A stretch of 63,944 bases of DNA, counting the filler, from Octopus bimaculoides (Eukaryota), in the NCBI RefSeq assembly GCF_001194135.2. It is 6 parts of 5 records of this genome, joined end to end, with 100 filler letters (N's around TTAATTAATTAA, not from the genome) between each part and the next. Parts side by side here need not be neighbours in the genome. Positions count along the whole stretch, not along the records: positions 1 to 24,584 come from NC_068999.1; 5 more parts are not named here. One strand, written 5' to 3'. Of this stretch, positions 1 through 12,294 are shown piece after piece. Each line of letters begins with the position of its first letter. Positions within the stretch are counted from its first letter, which is position 1. A program made the translations under genes and the position numbers. The notes below the pieces were generated by a model. That model was not told where the DNA came from, made no database searches, and saw only the letters and a program-made list of their open reading frames with translations.

Positions 1-897
1 TCTCCGATTCCTACTTTTGGTCAGCTTTCTCTACGTTTAGACATTGGTCTTCGCAGAGACTTTCAATGGGTTTTTGTCATAGCTGACATTCCACATCCCA
101 TTTTGGGTGCGGATTTTTAAAATCATTTTCAATTATTGGTAGATGTCCGACGTCGAAGGCTTGTCGATGACTCGACATCCCTTTCCACGCCGGCGAGGAG
201 CTCTACCAATTCTCCTCTTAGCCCAGCATTTTTTATTGCCGCTGCTGGGGACGCTTTTCATTCTCTTTTAGCGTCTTTTCCGGAGTTGGTGGATATTACT
301 TTCAAGCCGGTTAAACCTGCACATTCCACCCTCCATTATATCACGACGACAGGTCCTCCGGTTTTTTCTCGACCACGTCGCCTAGCACCTGATCGTCTTA
401 AGACGGCCAAGGCCGAGTTTGAGCACATGCTTCAACTCGGCCTCTTTCGCCCCTCCACCAGCCCATGGGCATCTCCTCTACATTTGGCCCGTAAAGGGGA
501 TTCGGATTTTCGCCCGGTGGGGGATTATCGGAGACTAAATGCTGTGATGATAGCTGATCGCTATCCCATTAGGAATTTGCAGGATTTCTCGGCGAACCTG
601 CATGGATGCACCATTTTCTCTAAGATTGATCTGGTACGGGCCTATCATCAGATACCAGTAAATCCAGAGGATATCCCTAAAACAGCCATCACTACACCTT
701 TCGGTTGTTTTGAATTTCTATTTATGAGTTTTGGTTTGCGTAATGCTACTAGCACTTTTCAGAGGTTTATGGATGAGGTCGTTCGTGGACTTGATTTTGT
801 ATTCGCTTATGTCGATGATATACACATCGCTAGTGATACGGAAGAGAATCATCTCCACCATTTGTCGCAACTTTTTCAGCGTCTTCGCGCTTATAAT
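1..897 (+). pseudogene. pol: Gypsy pol protease-RT segment with premature stop
   Basis: Frame 1 reads SPIPTFGQLSLRLDIGLRRDFQWVFVIADIPHPILGADF, then TAA at 118-120 (Leu TTA expected), then continues in frame into RT (ORF 136+) up to the N gap at 898. Confidence 0.92.
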
Positions 898-1718
898 NNN
901 NNNNNNNNNNNNNNNNNNNNNNNNNNNNNNNNNNNNNNNNNNNNNNNNNNNNNNNNNNNNNNNNNNNNNNNNNNNNNNNNNNNNNNNNNNNNNNNNNNNN
1001 NNNNNNNNNNNNNNNNNNNNNNNNNNNNNNNNNNNNNNNNNNNNNNNNNNNNNNNNNNNNNNNNNNNNNNNNNNNNNNNNNNNNNNNNNNNNNNNNNNNN
1101 NNNNNNNNNNNNNNNNNNNNNNNNNNNNNNNNNNNNNNNNNNNNNNNNNNNNNNNNNNNNNNNNNNNNNNNNNNNNNNNNNNNNNNNNNNNNNNNNNNNN
1201 NNNNNNNNNNNNNNNNNNNNNNNNNNNNNNNNNNNNNNNNNNNNNNNNNNNNNNNNNNNNNNNNNNNNNNNNNNNNNNNNNNNNNNNNNNNNNNNNNNNN
1301 NNNNNNNNNNNNNNNNNNNNNNNNNNNNNNNNNNNNNNNNNNNNNNNNNNNNNNNNNNNNNNNNNNNNNNNNNNNNNNNNNNNNNNNNNNNNNNNNNNNN
1401 NNNNNNNNNNNNNNNNNNNNNNNNNNNNNNNNNNNNNNNNNNNNNNNNNNNNNNNNNNNNNNNNNNNNNNNNNNNNNNNNNNNNNNNNNNNNNNNNNNNN
1501 NNNNNNNNNNNNNNNNNNNNNNNNNNNNNNNNNNNNNNNNNNNNNNNNNNNNNNNNNNNNNNNNNNNNNNNNNNNNNNNNNNNNNNNNNNNNNNNNNNNN
1601 NNNNNNNNNNNNNNNNNNNNNNNNNNNNNNNNNNNNNNNNNNNNNNNNNNNNNNNNNNNNNNNNNNNNNNNNNNNNNNNNNNNNNNNNNNNNNNNNNNNN
1701 NNNNNNNNNNNNNNNNNN

Positions 1719-2684
1719 CGTTACCAGTGTGTCGCGGGTTCTCATACCTGTTAACTTGTGTTGACCGTTTCTCACGTTGGCCAGAAGCCATTCCTATAGC
1801 AGATATTACTTCTGAGACTGTTGCCCAGGCTTTCGTTTCTGGGTGGGTGTCGAGGTTCGGAGTACCGGTCAGTTTGACCACAGATCGTGGCCGGCAATTT
1901 GAGGCCGCCCTTTTTCGTGACCTATCACGAATCCTGGGGGTGCATCGTATACACACCACCAGCTACCATTCCGCTTCTAATGGGATGGTTGAGCGGTTTC
2001 ATAGACAACTTAAGGCCGCTTTGCGCGCCTCGCCCAACCCGCAGTTTTGGGTTGAAATTCTTCCGGTTGTCCTCCTTGGATGCCGGACTGCGGTAAAAGC
2101 TNNNNNNNNNNNNNNNNNNNNNNNNNNNNNNNNNNNNNNNNNNNNNNNNNNNNNNNNNNNNNNNNNNNNNNNNNNNNNNNNNNNNNNNNNNNNNNNNNNN
2201 NNNNNNNNNNNNNNNNNNNNNNNNNNNNNNNNNNNNNNNNNNNNNNNNNNNNNNNNNNNNNNNNNNNNNNNNNNNNNNNNNNNNNNNNNNNNNNNNNNNN
2301 NNNNNNNNNNNNNNNNNNNNNNNNNNNNNNNNNNNNNNNNNNNNNNNNNNNNNNNNNNNNNNNNNNNNNNNNNNNNNNNNNNNNNNNNNNNNNNNNNNNN
2401 NNNNNNNNNNNNNNNNNNNNNNNNNNNNNNNNNNNNNNNNNNNNNNNNNNNNNNNNNNNNNNNNNNNNNNNNNNNNNNNNNNNNNNNNNNNNNNNNNNNN
2501 NNNNNNNNNNNNNNNNNNNNNNNNNNNNNNAATGCATGCACCAACATCAGCACCATCACAATCACACACACCAACAATTACACCACCTTCGTCGTTGCAA
2601 AGGAACCCTAGCGAACCTTATGTCACTAGGTTTGGCAGGACGGTGCATTGGCCCAAGAAATTGGAAAAAACTATTTACGTTTGA
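1719..2684 (+). pseudogene. pol: Gypsy integrase (DDE core plus C-terminal tail), interrupted by N gap 2102-2530
   Basis: LPVCRGFSYLLTCVDRFSRWPEAIP...TTDRGRQFE...SNGMVERFHRQLKAAL; tail PYVTRFGRTVHWPKKLEKTIYV*. Confidence 0.9.
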
Positions 2685-3021
2685 TTTATTGTGTTTTTAC
2701 TGGACAATTTCAGTTTCTTTTTATTGAACATTTTTCTTCCATTCAGAAGAAAAAAAAAAACTATGTATCCGGTTCGTAAAAAGTTACACAAGGAAATTTG
2801 GAGTGTCCATACGCGGGAGATTGTGGTCAGTTGCGGAGCTGTGTTTGAGCATCGATGCCAGTTTCGACCTGTTGCCTGGTACTAGGTATCTTAGTCGGTT
2901 GGCTCTTGCTATATTCCGTGAGGGGATGTTCCACTCTACAGCGTGGTTTCGGTGGCCATCTCGCCTCAGACGTCCCTCCAAAATTTTTTTAATTTCGTGT
3001 TTCACACTCAAGGGGAGCCAT

Positions 3022-3405
3022 TGTAGTGACGTCATATTGGCGCCAAAAGGCCAACGCCATTGCTGAATCCTTAACCACGCATGCGTGGGTTTATACATCG
3101 AAGCGTTCCCGCTACTAGACTGTCTCTTACCAAGCCAGACAGCGACCAAGCAAGACGTCTAAGCAAGCTCTCCCATTTGAGTGTGGTTGAACCAAGTTGT
3201 CTTTATAACGACACCAGCTCGAAGAACCGTACATCTACATTTCAGGCTACTCTAAAACCGGACAATTAGAAGCTGTTTTATTTTCCACCGTACAATAAAT
3301 ATTTGTTGTTGTTGATCAGATTGGAGTTTCTGCGTTCAGTTCTCTTCCAATTTAATGTAGGAAAGTTAGGTGTATATCTAAAGATATATAACCCACTCTC
3401 CTAAA
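3022..3405 (+). repeat. 3' LTR of Gypsy copy 1
   Basis: Follows the PPT; starts TGTAGTG like the LTR at 43709; AATAAA 3294-3299; ends in an imperfect hairpin at 3356-3405 (ctcctaaa, presumably decayed ...TACA). Confidence 0.75.
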
Positions 3406-3561
3406 ATGTAATAGAATGTGCAAGACTTTCACCGGACTCTAGAGTCAAGCAAGGGATTCACATTGCACCAATATTGACTCATTTCAATGATTCTTTCTAG
3501 CAATGGCTTTGCTTGTATACTAGAAAGCAGCTAAGGTAATATGTATGTATGTATGTATGTA

Positions 3562-4436
3562 CAGGATGGAGCAGTGAGGATGGACGTTTTTGAAAAATTC
3601 ACAAAATCATAATTTTAGCTGCAAACACATTTTATTGACATCAATGTGTTCGTATTGAATTAGCATTTGTCAAAATTAAGTGTAGAAAGCAACATCCATC
3701 ATGTGGTGTCCGTATTCATTGATGTATTTCTGAAGGCGTTTTTGGAAGTTGGTCTCCACTTTCTCTGTCGATTTGGGCGACTTCCACGCGAATAGCTTCC
3801 TTCAAATCGTCCAGTGTAAGGAGCTTATGCGCATAGACATGGACAAATCAGGAGACCGAGGGGGACCAAGGATTGTCAGCAAACATGAAAATGAGGCAGT
3901 CACCGAAGAGAGAGCGAAGAAGGTCCAGTGATGTTTTGGCTGTGTGGGCCGTCGCCCCATCCTGCTAAAACTGCAAACGTCGAATAGGCATACGTTTTCA
4001 TCGTAATTCAGGCACTAAGACGTTGTTTATTATCTCGTTGTAACTCTCGGACTCTGTGTCAAAGTTTGTCTGACGGGTTTCACATTTTCTGGGGTCCGTT
4101 CGTTCGTGGTGCCCACACCGGTCTCCTATTCATTAGTGTACCTCGTGTACGAAGTGCATTCACCCAACATAAGATTGTGTTACGGGTGAGAACAGCTTCA
4201 TTTCGGTGAATGTTGAAGTGGCACCGAAACTCACGCTGAACTGTTGTGACAGACTCGTTATTCTTCACGTAACTGTCACAGACAAACACGTTGTGCTCTA
4301 TCGTCCACAGCGCCATGAAAAGAAAAAAAAATCTTAAGACACTACGGGCCGAATGGTACCTGTCGAACATATGTCCCACCCGCTGAGGCTGAATAATAGC
4401 CATTTCAAAGATGGCCGTCCTCTCTGCCCCACCCTG
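3562..4436 (-). mobile_element. Tc1/mariner DNA transposon (DD37D/maT-like), internally deleted
   Basis: Imperfect TIRs caggatggagcagtgaggatggac / ggccgtcctctctgccccaccctg, each flanked by TA; minus-strand transposase remnants: N-terminal ..FVCDSYVKNNESVTTVQREFRCHFNIH..TRNTILCWV and catalytic QDGATAHTA..WSPRSPDL. Confidence 0.9.
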
Positions 4437-5399
4437 TATGTATGTAGGTATAATATCTGACGTGCAAGCTTAGAGATTCCTCTAACCTATATCAGCAACC
4501 GGCTTATTTCTGTTATCGAAAGGAGTGATGCCTTTCACTTACCTGCTTAACGTTATTCAGACGAGAATACAAAATACATTCTGTACCATGTGGAATTTCG
4601 CTTGTATGATCGTGGCTGATATTGCTAATAACAACACCAACGCTAATACCAACACAAGTAGTAGTACAACACTTTTATGTTAAGGTGACGTGCTCTTTTC
4701 ACTAGTTTGTTCGGTTTTTTTTTTTTTGTTTTTTTTTTTGTCATATAAACCAAGATCTACTTCGATGCTAAAAAAATCCCGAAATGACTCCTCTATCGGC
4801 TATGTGAAGCAGTTCAAAAATCCTATGACGAAGCTCACTCAAGCTATTTTACAGTAAAACAGCTTCGGCAACAGGTAATTTCTAATGCAAAGTGGCTGTC
4901 ACAGACAGCAATTATTCTTCCAATTCTTGTGATGCCAAACGATTTTCTCAAAACACTGAAAACTGGCTAAAATCTTCCATATGAGAAATCAAAAATAATG
5001 TGAACAAACTGCTGCCACTATCACTAAACTCTCGCATATCTCCACGTGTTAGCGATTTGGCAAGGACGACTTAGGAATATATTCAACTTAATAGCATTTT
5101 GAAACTACATTTCATAAAAAATCTTCCAGTTTTTCTAAGCTGTAGCTGCGCAGCAGGCTATTCCGAACGAGATTTAGACAAAAGTCTTCTCATGTGATCG
5201 ATGATGTTGCAGATGAGCACATGGAATCCTAATGTTAACTACTGGATAATTAATACTTTTCTGTACACAGATGCTCTTACAGAACATCTTGGAATGGAAG
5301 CAATCCGGATGGGGAACAAAGCTTGAGGAAACCGCAATCTGTGCCACTTTGTTGTATGGATAACTGCAATAGTAAAATGTAAAGAGAAAAATTAGTTCA

Positions 5400-8170
5400 C
5401 ATCTTAGCAATATCTTATGCCAAAAATAACAGAACTCTCTGGTGAATCTTCACACCAAACTCTTGAGGGAAAACTAGTTACTTTAAAGCATGAACTTAGA
5501 GTATTAAACTTCATTATCATAGAAAAATATTCAATCGAGGCAGTCTAAATCACAAGTTTGCCTCAAATCCATAGGCATTATACCAAAAAGGAGGAAAAAT
5601 AACATTGCCATTAAGAAAGCCTCTTCTCAGAAAGAACATGAATTATTCATGTCTAAGATTTTGAACAAAAAGAAATACATTGAGACTAAATGCAGTTAGG
5701 AAAGAATACCAACATTGAGAGTAAAATTTATACAATCAACCATCAAATTTTCACTATAGCTGCAGATAAGCATAATTAGAAGGAGCCTGCTACTGTATTC
5801 ACTGTCATTGAGAGGCTCACAAAGACTTGGGCAATGATCTTCACTCCTCCTTTTGAGAACAATGGTCTCTGATATTATAAATATTTATAAATATTTCAAA
5901 AGGAATATTCCAAGGAGATAGTCTTTCTGTACTTCTATTTTGGCATTAAATTCCATTATCAGATCTGTTTTAAAAAATTTAGTAGCTACATGCCAGGGTA
6001 TGTAACCCATAATTTCTTTGTAGATTGCTTGAAAATCTATGCTAAAAATGTTGACAATGCTAAAAGCAGTGGGTGTTAATATCAACATTTTTAGCTGACA
6101 AAGGAATGGCACTAGGTGTAAAGAAATGTTCATGTTTGATTGTTGAGCTTGAAAAAATCAATCTTCCACAAACCCACAACTTGTGCAACAATGGTCTATC
6201 TATTTCTCCTGTTCCACACAAAGAATGCTACAAATATATTAGCATTGAGGGAAATACAAAACTGCTGTGAACAAAAATAGAATGACCCATGAATATTACA
6301 CTAGACTTTGAAGACTATGGCAGTCAGAACTCTCCTATTACAAGAGAATATCCCACAATGCATTTACAGAACCAGAATTGGTACCAACATTTAAGATACT
6401 TTACCGGTCTGTATCCTGACATCAACTAGAAACTTCTACAGAAACAGAGATATCAACAGACTGTACCTTAGGTAAAAACAAAGGAGGTAGAGGCTTGAGA
6501 TCAGTGCAAACAGCCTTCAAATGGCACATAGAAGCTTTCGAACAAAAGCAAAATTAAATAGATAAACCCAGTGCTGAAAAGTGAAGGGAACAACATCCTA
6601 CAAACCAGTAGTAAACTCTTCAGGTAGCACTCACTTCCAGACAACCTCTCTATATAACCTCATAACAAGTGGTCTGACATGCCTCAAAAAAGACCTGCAT
6701 GTGAAATGCTCAGCTTACCAAATAAATAGATAAAGATTATGCTTGGTTATGTTTCCTGAAGACTTAAAAATGCCGTTAATATCAATATGAAGTACAGCCT
6801 TTCTTGAACTAACAACTGCTATGTCACATCAAATTTCGAAGGTTATGCTCTGATGAATGTGTAATGTCAGTGTGCATACTCGACAGAGTGTAAGTACCTT
6901 TAAAGAAAAGTTGAACCTAAGAAGCATCAGATGTGGTGTGCAAGAGAGACGATTGCACTGATATGGTCATGTGGTGAGAATGGATGAGGATAGCTGTGTG
7001 AAAAAGTGCCACAGCCTAGCAGTTGAGGGAACCTGTGGGAGAGGTAGACCCAGGAAGACCTGGGATGAGGTGGTGAAGCACAACCTTCAAACATTAGGCC
7101 TCACCGAGGCAATGACTAGTGACTGAGACCTTTGGAAATATGCTGTGCGTGAGAAGACCCAGCAAGCCAAGTGAGACCATAACCCGTGGCCTATGTCAGG
7201 GGTGTAACCAGCCCACTTATGCGTACCTTTCCTTTATTGGACACTAAACTCTGCTTGTGAAGACCTGTTGAGGCAAGTGAAATCGAAATCAAATCAAATT
7301 CGATGACTGGCACCCGTGCCAGTGGAGCACTAAGAGCACCATCCGAGCATGACCATTGCCAGAGCAGCTGTCTGGCTTCCATGACGTTGGCATGTAAAAA
7401 TCACCATTCGAGCGTGATCATTACCAGCGTCACCTTACAGGCATTTTTGCTGGTGGTACGTGAAAAAACATTCGAGCAAGGTCGATGCCAGTGCCACTGG
7501 ACTGGCTCCTGTGCAGGTGGCACGTAAAAAACACCATTTGAGCATGACCATTGCCAGTAACGCCTGACTGGCCCTCATACCAGTGGCACGTAAAAGCACC
7601 CACTACACTCTCGGAGTGGTTGGCGTTAGGAAGGGCATCCAGCTGTAGAAACTCTGCCAGATCAGACTGGAGCCTGGTGCAGCCATCTGGTTCACCAGTC
7701 CTCAGTCAAATCGTCCAACCTATGCTAGCATGGAAAGCGGATGTTAAACGATGATGATGATGATGATGATGTATTTGTAATCCAAGAGAAGGAAATCACT
7801 ACAAAATACTTGATGAGCAAAGTAGACAGTAAAACCACTGTAGTCTCAAGATGCAATCAAAAATGTCAATATTTTCCTATTACTGTGGAAGACATCCCGT
7901 GTAATAAACATCTGCCCCAAAACGTCATCAAGGTATCTAATGTGACATGATGCTGTTGCTAAAACAGTATGCAATGCCATTGAAAAAAGACTGTTCAACA
8001 GTAAATATGGAGAACCCCCTATTATTGAATACATTCACAGGTATCAATATAAGGAATATTTAGGGGAACATTACCATTAAAACTTCTACCAAGTGCAAAC
8101 ATAACAGGCTGGATATAGTTGTTTAGGGACAAAGAAGAAGTTTATTCACATCAACTGGGCTTATGTTACT
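5400..8170 (+). mobile_element. R4/Dong-clade (REL endonuclease) non-LTR retrotransposon remnant, split by an RTE insertion
   Basis: RT motifs KGIFQGDSLSVLLF (about 5880-5940), THNFFVDCLKIY, DKGMALGVKKC, ECYKY; GGRGLRSV (about 6480); frame resumes after 7770 (TSNFEGY|VFVIQEKEITTKYL), degenerate zinc-knuckle/HDAVAK region and KHNRLDIVV REL motif (about 8095-8125). Confidence 0.8.
6847..7770 (+). mobile_element. 5'-truncated RTE-clade LINE 3' end with long 3' UTR and (GAT)n tail
   Basis: ORF end ..ERRLH*YGHVVRMDEDSCVKKCHSLAVEGTCGRGRPRKTWDEVV..; UTR with about 70-bp internal tandem units (gactggc..ggtggcacgtaaaa); terminates gttaaacgatgatgatgat. Confidence 0.9.
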
Positions 8171-9269
8171 GTTACAAGCAAATATTGCCAGATATATTTC
8201 CAGTGCCAAATAACTGGCATTAAACCATTTCTGTTCTTTATGATTGTCAACTCTTCAATAATCAGGTTCATGTAGCTCTAAAGTAATCTACTGCTTCCCA
8301 TTCTAGTCTCCTGGAAGCAAATTATTTTACATTAAATACAAAATTAATTTTCTTCTTCCTCACTTAAATTTTTGTTATTGTTTTTAACTTTTTTATTATT
8401 ATTCATAGTTTCCAAAATAGTAACAAGAATAAATACTTAATTATCTTGCAACAACTGCAACAACTACATCACCAGCATCAACACCACCAACAACAACCAT
8501 ATCAAAAACAAAATCAACTACAACAATAAAACCTACATGAAGATATAAATATTATAAAATAATTTGAACATATTTTTTCGGGGTATAAAAAGTATTATAT
8601 AAAAAATAATAATATTAAAATGAATAAATAAACTAAAATTTCAATTACAAAATTATTTTGAACATTTTCAAAACTCCAACACGCAACATTTAACAATCCC
8701 AATAAGCTCTGTCGAGAAATTATCCAATAACTGTTTGTCAAATTTTCTACAGAGATATTCTTAACATTTCATCGATCACATCTGGAACAGGACTGTGTAG
8801 AAATAGACATTGTGTGCACTACACTTGTTTCCTCTTGTTTTCTTTAATCTCTTCTCCTCTCCTCCCCACTTAGTCCTTCTTTCATTTTCTTTTTTCTCAC
8901 CTCTTCATTTATGGAAAATATTCTGAAGCCATTGAATTCTGCCAGTTTATTAGAAAAATATCATTGAATTGTACTTCATAAAAGGAAATGTTATAAAGCA
9001 TAATTCATTTTGGTGAGACGATAATTTTGATAAAATTAATGTCTTTTGTTCGGTAAATATAATCTAAACCCATATGGTCTACCTGCCTCTCTTCTTTTCT
9101 TCACTCATACTTTATCTGTTCTCAATACAAGCCTCCTCTCCAGGAATGTCTGTCACCCTTTGAAACTCACTGCCTGTTAATGTGCTGTTTTCCTCTAATC
9201 TATTTGTTGCATCATTGATCATATGTCAGTTATATCATGGTCAATCAGGTGAATAAATAACAACAACAA

Positions 9270-9276
9270 CTACGAT

Positions 9277-9321
<45 letters not shown>
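9270..9321. repeat. (TAC)n microsatellite
   Basis: Direct reading. Confidence 0.95.
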
Positions 9322-9324
<3 letters not shown>

Positions 9325-10020
9325 ATGACCAAATCAATGTTATTAGTTAGTCCAAGGTCTGCTCTGATCCAGCAGACCAAAAACAAAAACTATCCAACCA
9401 TAGCCATCTATCTTACCAAACAATGCATTTAGGACAACAAATGTTTCCTTCTTTTTCTAAAGATGGCTTGAAGGCAATTTTGGCTGCTATTGCTTGCAAG
9501 TGTAGTGACCACATTATGTTCTGATATTCAGCAATCTGGTTGTGTTTCAAAAGGACTGTAGAAAGTTAAAATAAATGTTTTTCCCACCATAGCCATTTCT
9601 TATAGTATTATTATTAATCTTTTATTAGACTTAATTATAATATTCGATATTTAATGACAACATTCAATATACATATCTATAGTGACAATATGGGAGTAGA
9701 GCTTACAGTGCTGCTGGATCATATTCTAGGGTTTCTCTCCCCCTCCTATCTCTCTCTCGCTCTCTCTTTCTTACATATATGCACACACAACCTTTATCCC
9801 CTTTATTCCTACTTCTGGTGAATTTACCATTAATTTTCGTTTACTATTCCAATAACTATTTTTCCTGTTGTACTATTTCTTTTATTTCTTGAGTGTGAGA
9901 GAGACAGAGAGGAAGAGCGGGGGAAAGGTGTAAAGGGGAAAGGGAGAGAATGATAGAATTATGTATGTTGGTGGTGAGTTTGTGTTGACACTTATATCAG
10001 GTGTTACAGAGAATATTAGT

Positions 10021-10222
10021 TTCAAATTTAGGCACAAGGCCAGCAATTTTGTGAAAGGGGATAAGTCAGTTATATAGATCCCAGAGTTCAACTGATACTT
10101 ATTTTATCGACCTGAAAAAAGAATGAAAGGCAAAGTCGACTTCAGTGGAATTTGAACCAGAATGTAAAGACTGACAGAATGCCACTAAGCATTTTGCCCT
10201 GCATGCTAACGATTCTGCCATC
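10021..10222 (-). mobile_element. tRNA-derived SINE, family A (conserved central domain)
   Basis: Reverse complement has a tRNA-like head and core gtcgactttgcctttcattc..gtcgataaaataagtatcag; homologous copies at about 12000-12150, 31078-31208, 56745-56938, 60551-60742. Confidence 0.8.
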
Positions 10223-10459
10223 TTGCAAGTAATACTGATGTGATGCAAGTGTACATCAGTAAATGTATCACTTCACCAATAGTTAAAGCTCTGCAATTGG
10301 GTAGGGATTTGAATGCTATATATCACTGCTGCTTTAATTTATTGACCCTGGATGGATAAAAAGCAAAGTTGACCTAAAAATCCAGGACAAATACTATCAA
10401 GGATTTTGTCTGATACTGTAATCCACAACCCTGTTATAATCAACTACCATATCCTAGAT

Positions 10460-11727
10460 CAGTGCTTCTCAAGCATTTTTGCCTATGGACCCCCTTGATT
10501 CCTATTTTACTCAGTGGGTGGGACCCTTATAGCCATTCAATATCTAAAATCTCTTATCATATTCATATAATTAAATATATTGATACGGACCGCTGAAATA
10601 CAAATTAATGTTATATCCCTATTCCCCGAGATGGGTTTGAAACCATATTCTGGTTGTTGAGGACAATGGTATTCCTTTGTCCTGTCAACAAGCACAGCTA
10701 TTTTTAGCGTAGGTGTGATCGATGACTCTTTCCGGTCATCGAAAGTTTAGAAAAACAAGTGAGGAATTGTACTGAACTGACCCAGCTTTGGAGGGAGTAA
10801 GGTAGCACTGTTGAGCTATGGTATTTGTGATAAATACGACAGCGAGATTTGGCGACGGGAGTTGGCGTCAGGAGTTGGCGTACAGCGGTCAGCCAGTGAA
10901 GGTGTACAGCAGTTGATGTGAAGGCCAGCGGCCAGAAGAGAACGAAAATGAACAGAGAGACTGACAGACAGAGGCTGAGAGAGAGAGCCTATGGTCAGAA
11001 GGTACCAGTCAGCAGATAGGGACTGAAGCAATCAGAGAGAGGGACAGAGAGATGGAACTGTTGTGGCAGGCAAAAAGATTGTAGTTGGTCACTTCTTGGA
11101 TTGTAGTGGGAGCTTTGAAGGAAAGGAAATTCTTGTGGTAAAGGTTTGTGCAAATATTCTTTAAAGAGAGAACTTTGTTACATGTTTTAAACGAAAAAGA
11201 GATTTTGTTAACTGGTGGAAAAGAAAAGAAAAGAACTTTGATGTGACATGTTGTTCAAGGAAAAGAAAAAGAAGTGAAAGAACTTTTAATTGACTTGATA
11301 TACGAACTCTTGATTGTAAACGTTGATTATGCAATGTTCTGAACCTTTGTTAAATGCTATTGAATTGTTGTTATGCAATGTTTTGTATTGATGATGTATT
11401 GTTTTGATGTAAAAAGAAAAAGTTAGTTTCACTACGCAATGTATGGTCTCCGTGTTATTTCTTCCTCCTTTTGCCTGTTGTCATCGTTATGTGCTCCGGC
11501 TGGGCTTAGTCATGGCGAACATCCCGAATCACTGAGCGTCGACGTTCGCGCGCGCGCGAGTTTTCTCTTCATCGAGGTGCTTCGCGTGCGGGCGTTCGTA
11601 ACAATATTATTAGGAATTGTATAATCACATAGATTTTAACAAAATCATCTATGAACAGCTGAATGTCATATGGAGACCCCACCCAGCATCCCCCAAAGGC
11701 TTTCTGAACACCGGTTGAAAACCCCTG
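10460..11727. mobile_element. hAT (Charlie-like) non-autonomous element carrying a nested LTR
   Basis: TIRs cagtgcttctcaa / ttgaaaacccctg (10/13 match); 8-bp TSD tcctagat (10452-10459) / ttctagat (11728-11735). Confidence 0.8.
10609..11603. repeat. Probable solo LTR (about 995 bp)
   Basis: Termini TGTTA...TAACA; abrupt composition change with CpG-rich segments inside the hAT element; no clean TSD (aattaa vs atatta). Confidence 0.55.
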
Positions 11728-12240
11728 TTCTAGATATTTATTCTTCAACTACTACCACAAATCTCTTTCAATTATTGTATTGCTTCCAGAACGTCCACTT
11801 AATTTCTTCTGGTGAAGTCACACCATCACAATGGAATCTCCTGTTTCTTTTCCTTCCTTCCCTTCGTCTCCTCCCCCTACCCCACTCTCTTTTTCAGTTT
11901 CATCTGGAAAAAAATGATATCTTTATGACATAGCTGTGAAATAATCAATATCGATCTCTAACAAGGAACAAGGATACACACTTTAGGCAGCATAGAGTTG
12001 ATGAATTCAATCCTGGTTTATCACTCTCACTTTATTTTGTTGACCTCCTGGACGATGAAAAAGGAAGTTAGCTTTTGCTGAGGTTTGAACTCAGAATATA
12101 AAGGAATCTAATTTAATACTGCAAGGCATTCAGTGCTGCATCTTGTCAATTCTGGCCTTTTATTAAATCATCATCTAGTCAGGTTTGCTTGAATTTTGCC
12201 CTACTTGAACCCAACACACTTCATTATCCTAGTAGCATAG

Positions 12241-12294
<54 letters not shown>

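Larger units (their letters stand above)
1..3405 (+). mobile_element. Ty3/Gypsy LTR retrotransposon copy 1 (CsRn1-like), 3' part: protease end, RT, integrase, PPT, 3' LTR; defective
   Basis: Protease tail ILGADF at the window start; RT motifs [41 protein letters not shown]; integrase core LTCVDRFSRW..TTDRGRQF..NGMVERFHR; C-terminal TRFGRTVHWPKKL then TGA 2682-2684; PPT caaggggagccat about 3009-3021; LTR starts TGTAGTG at 3022. Confidence 0.95.
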
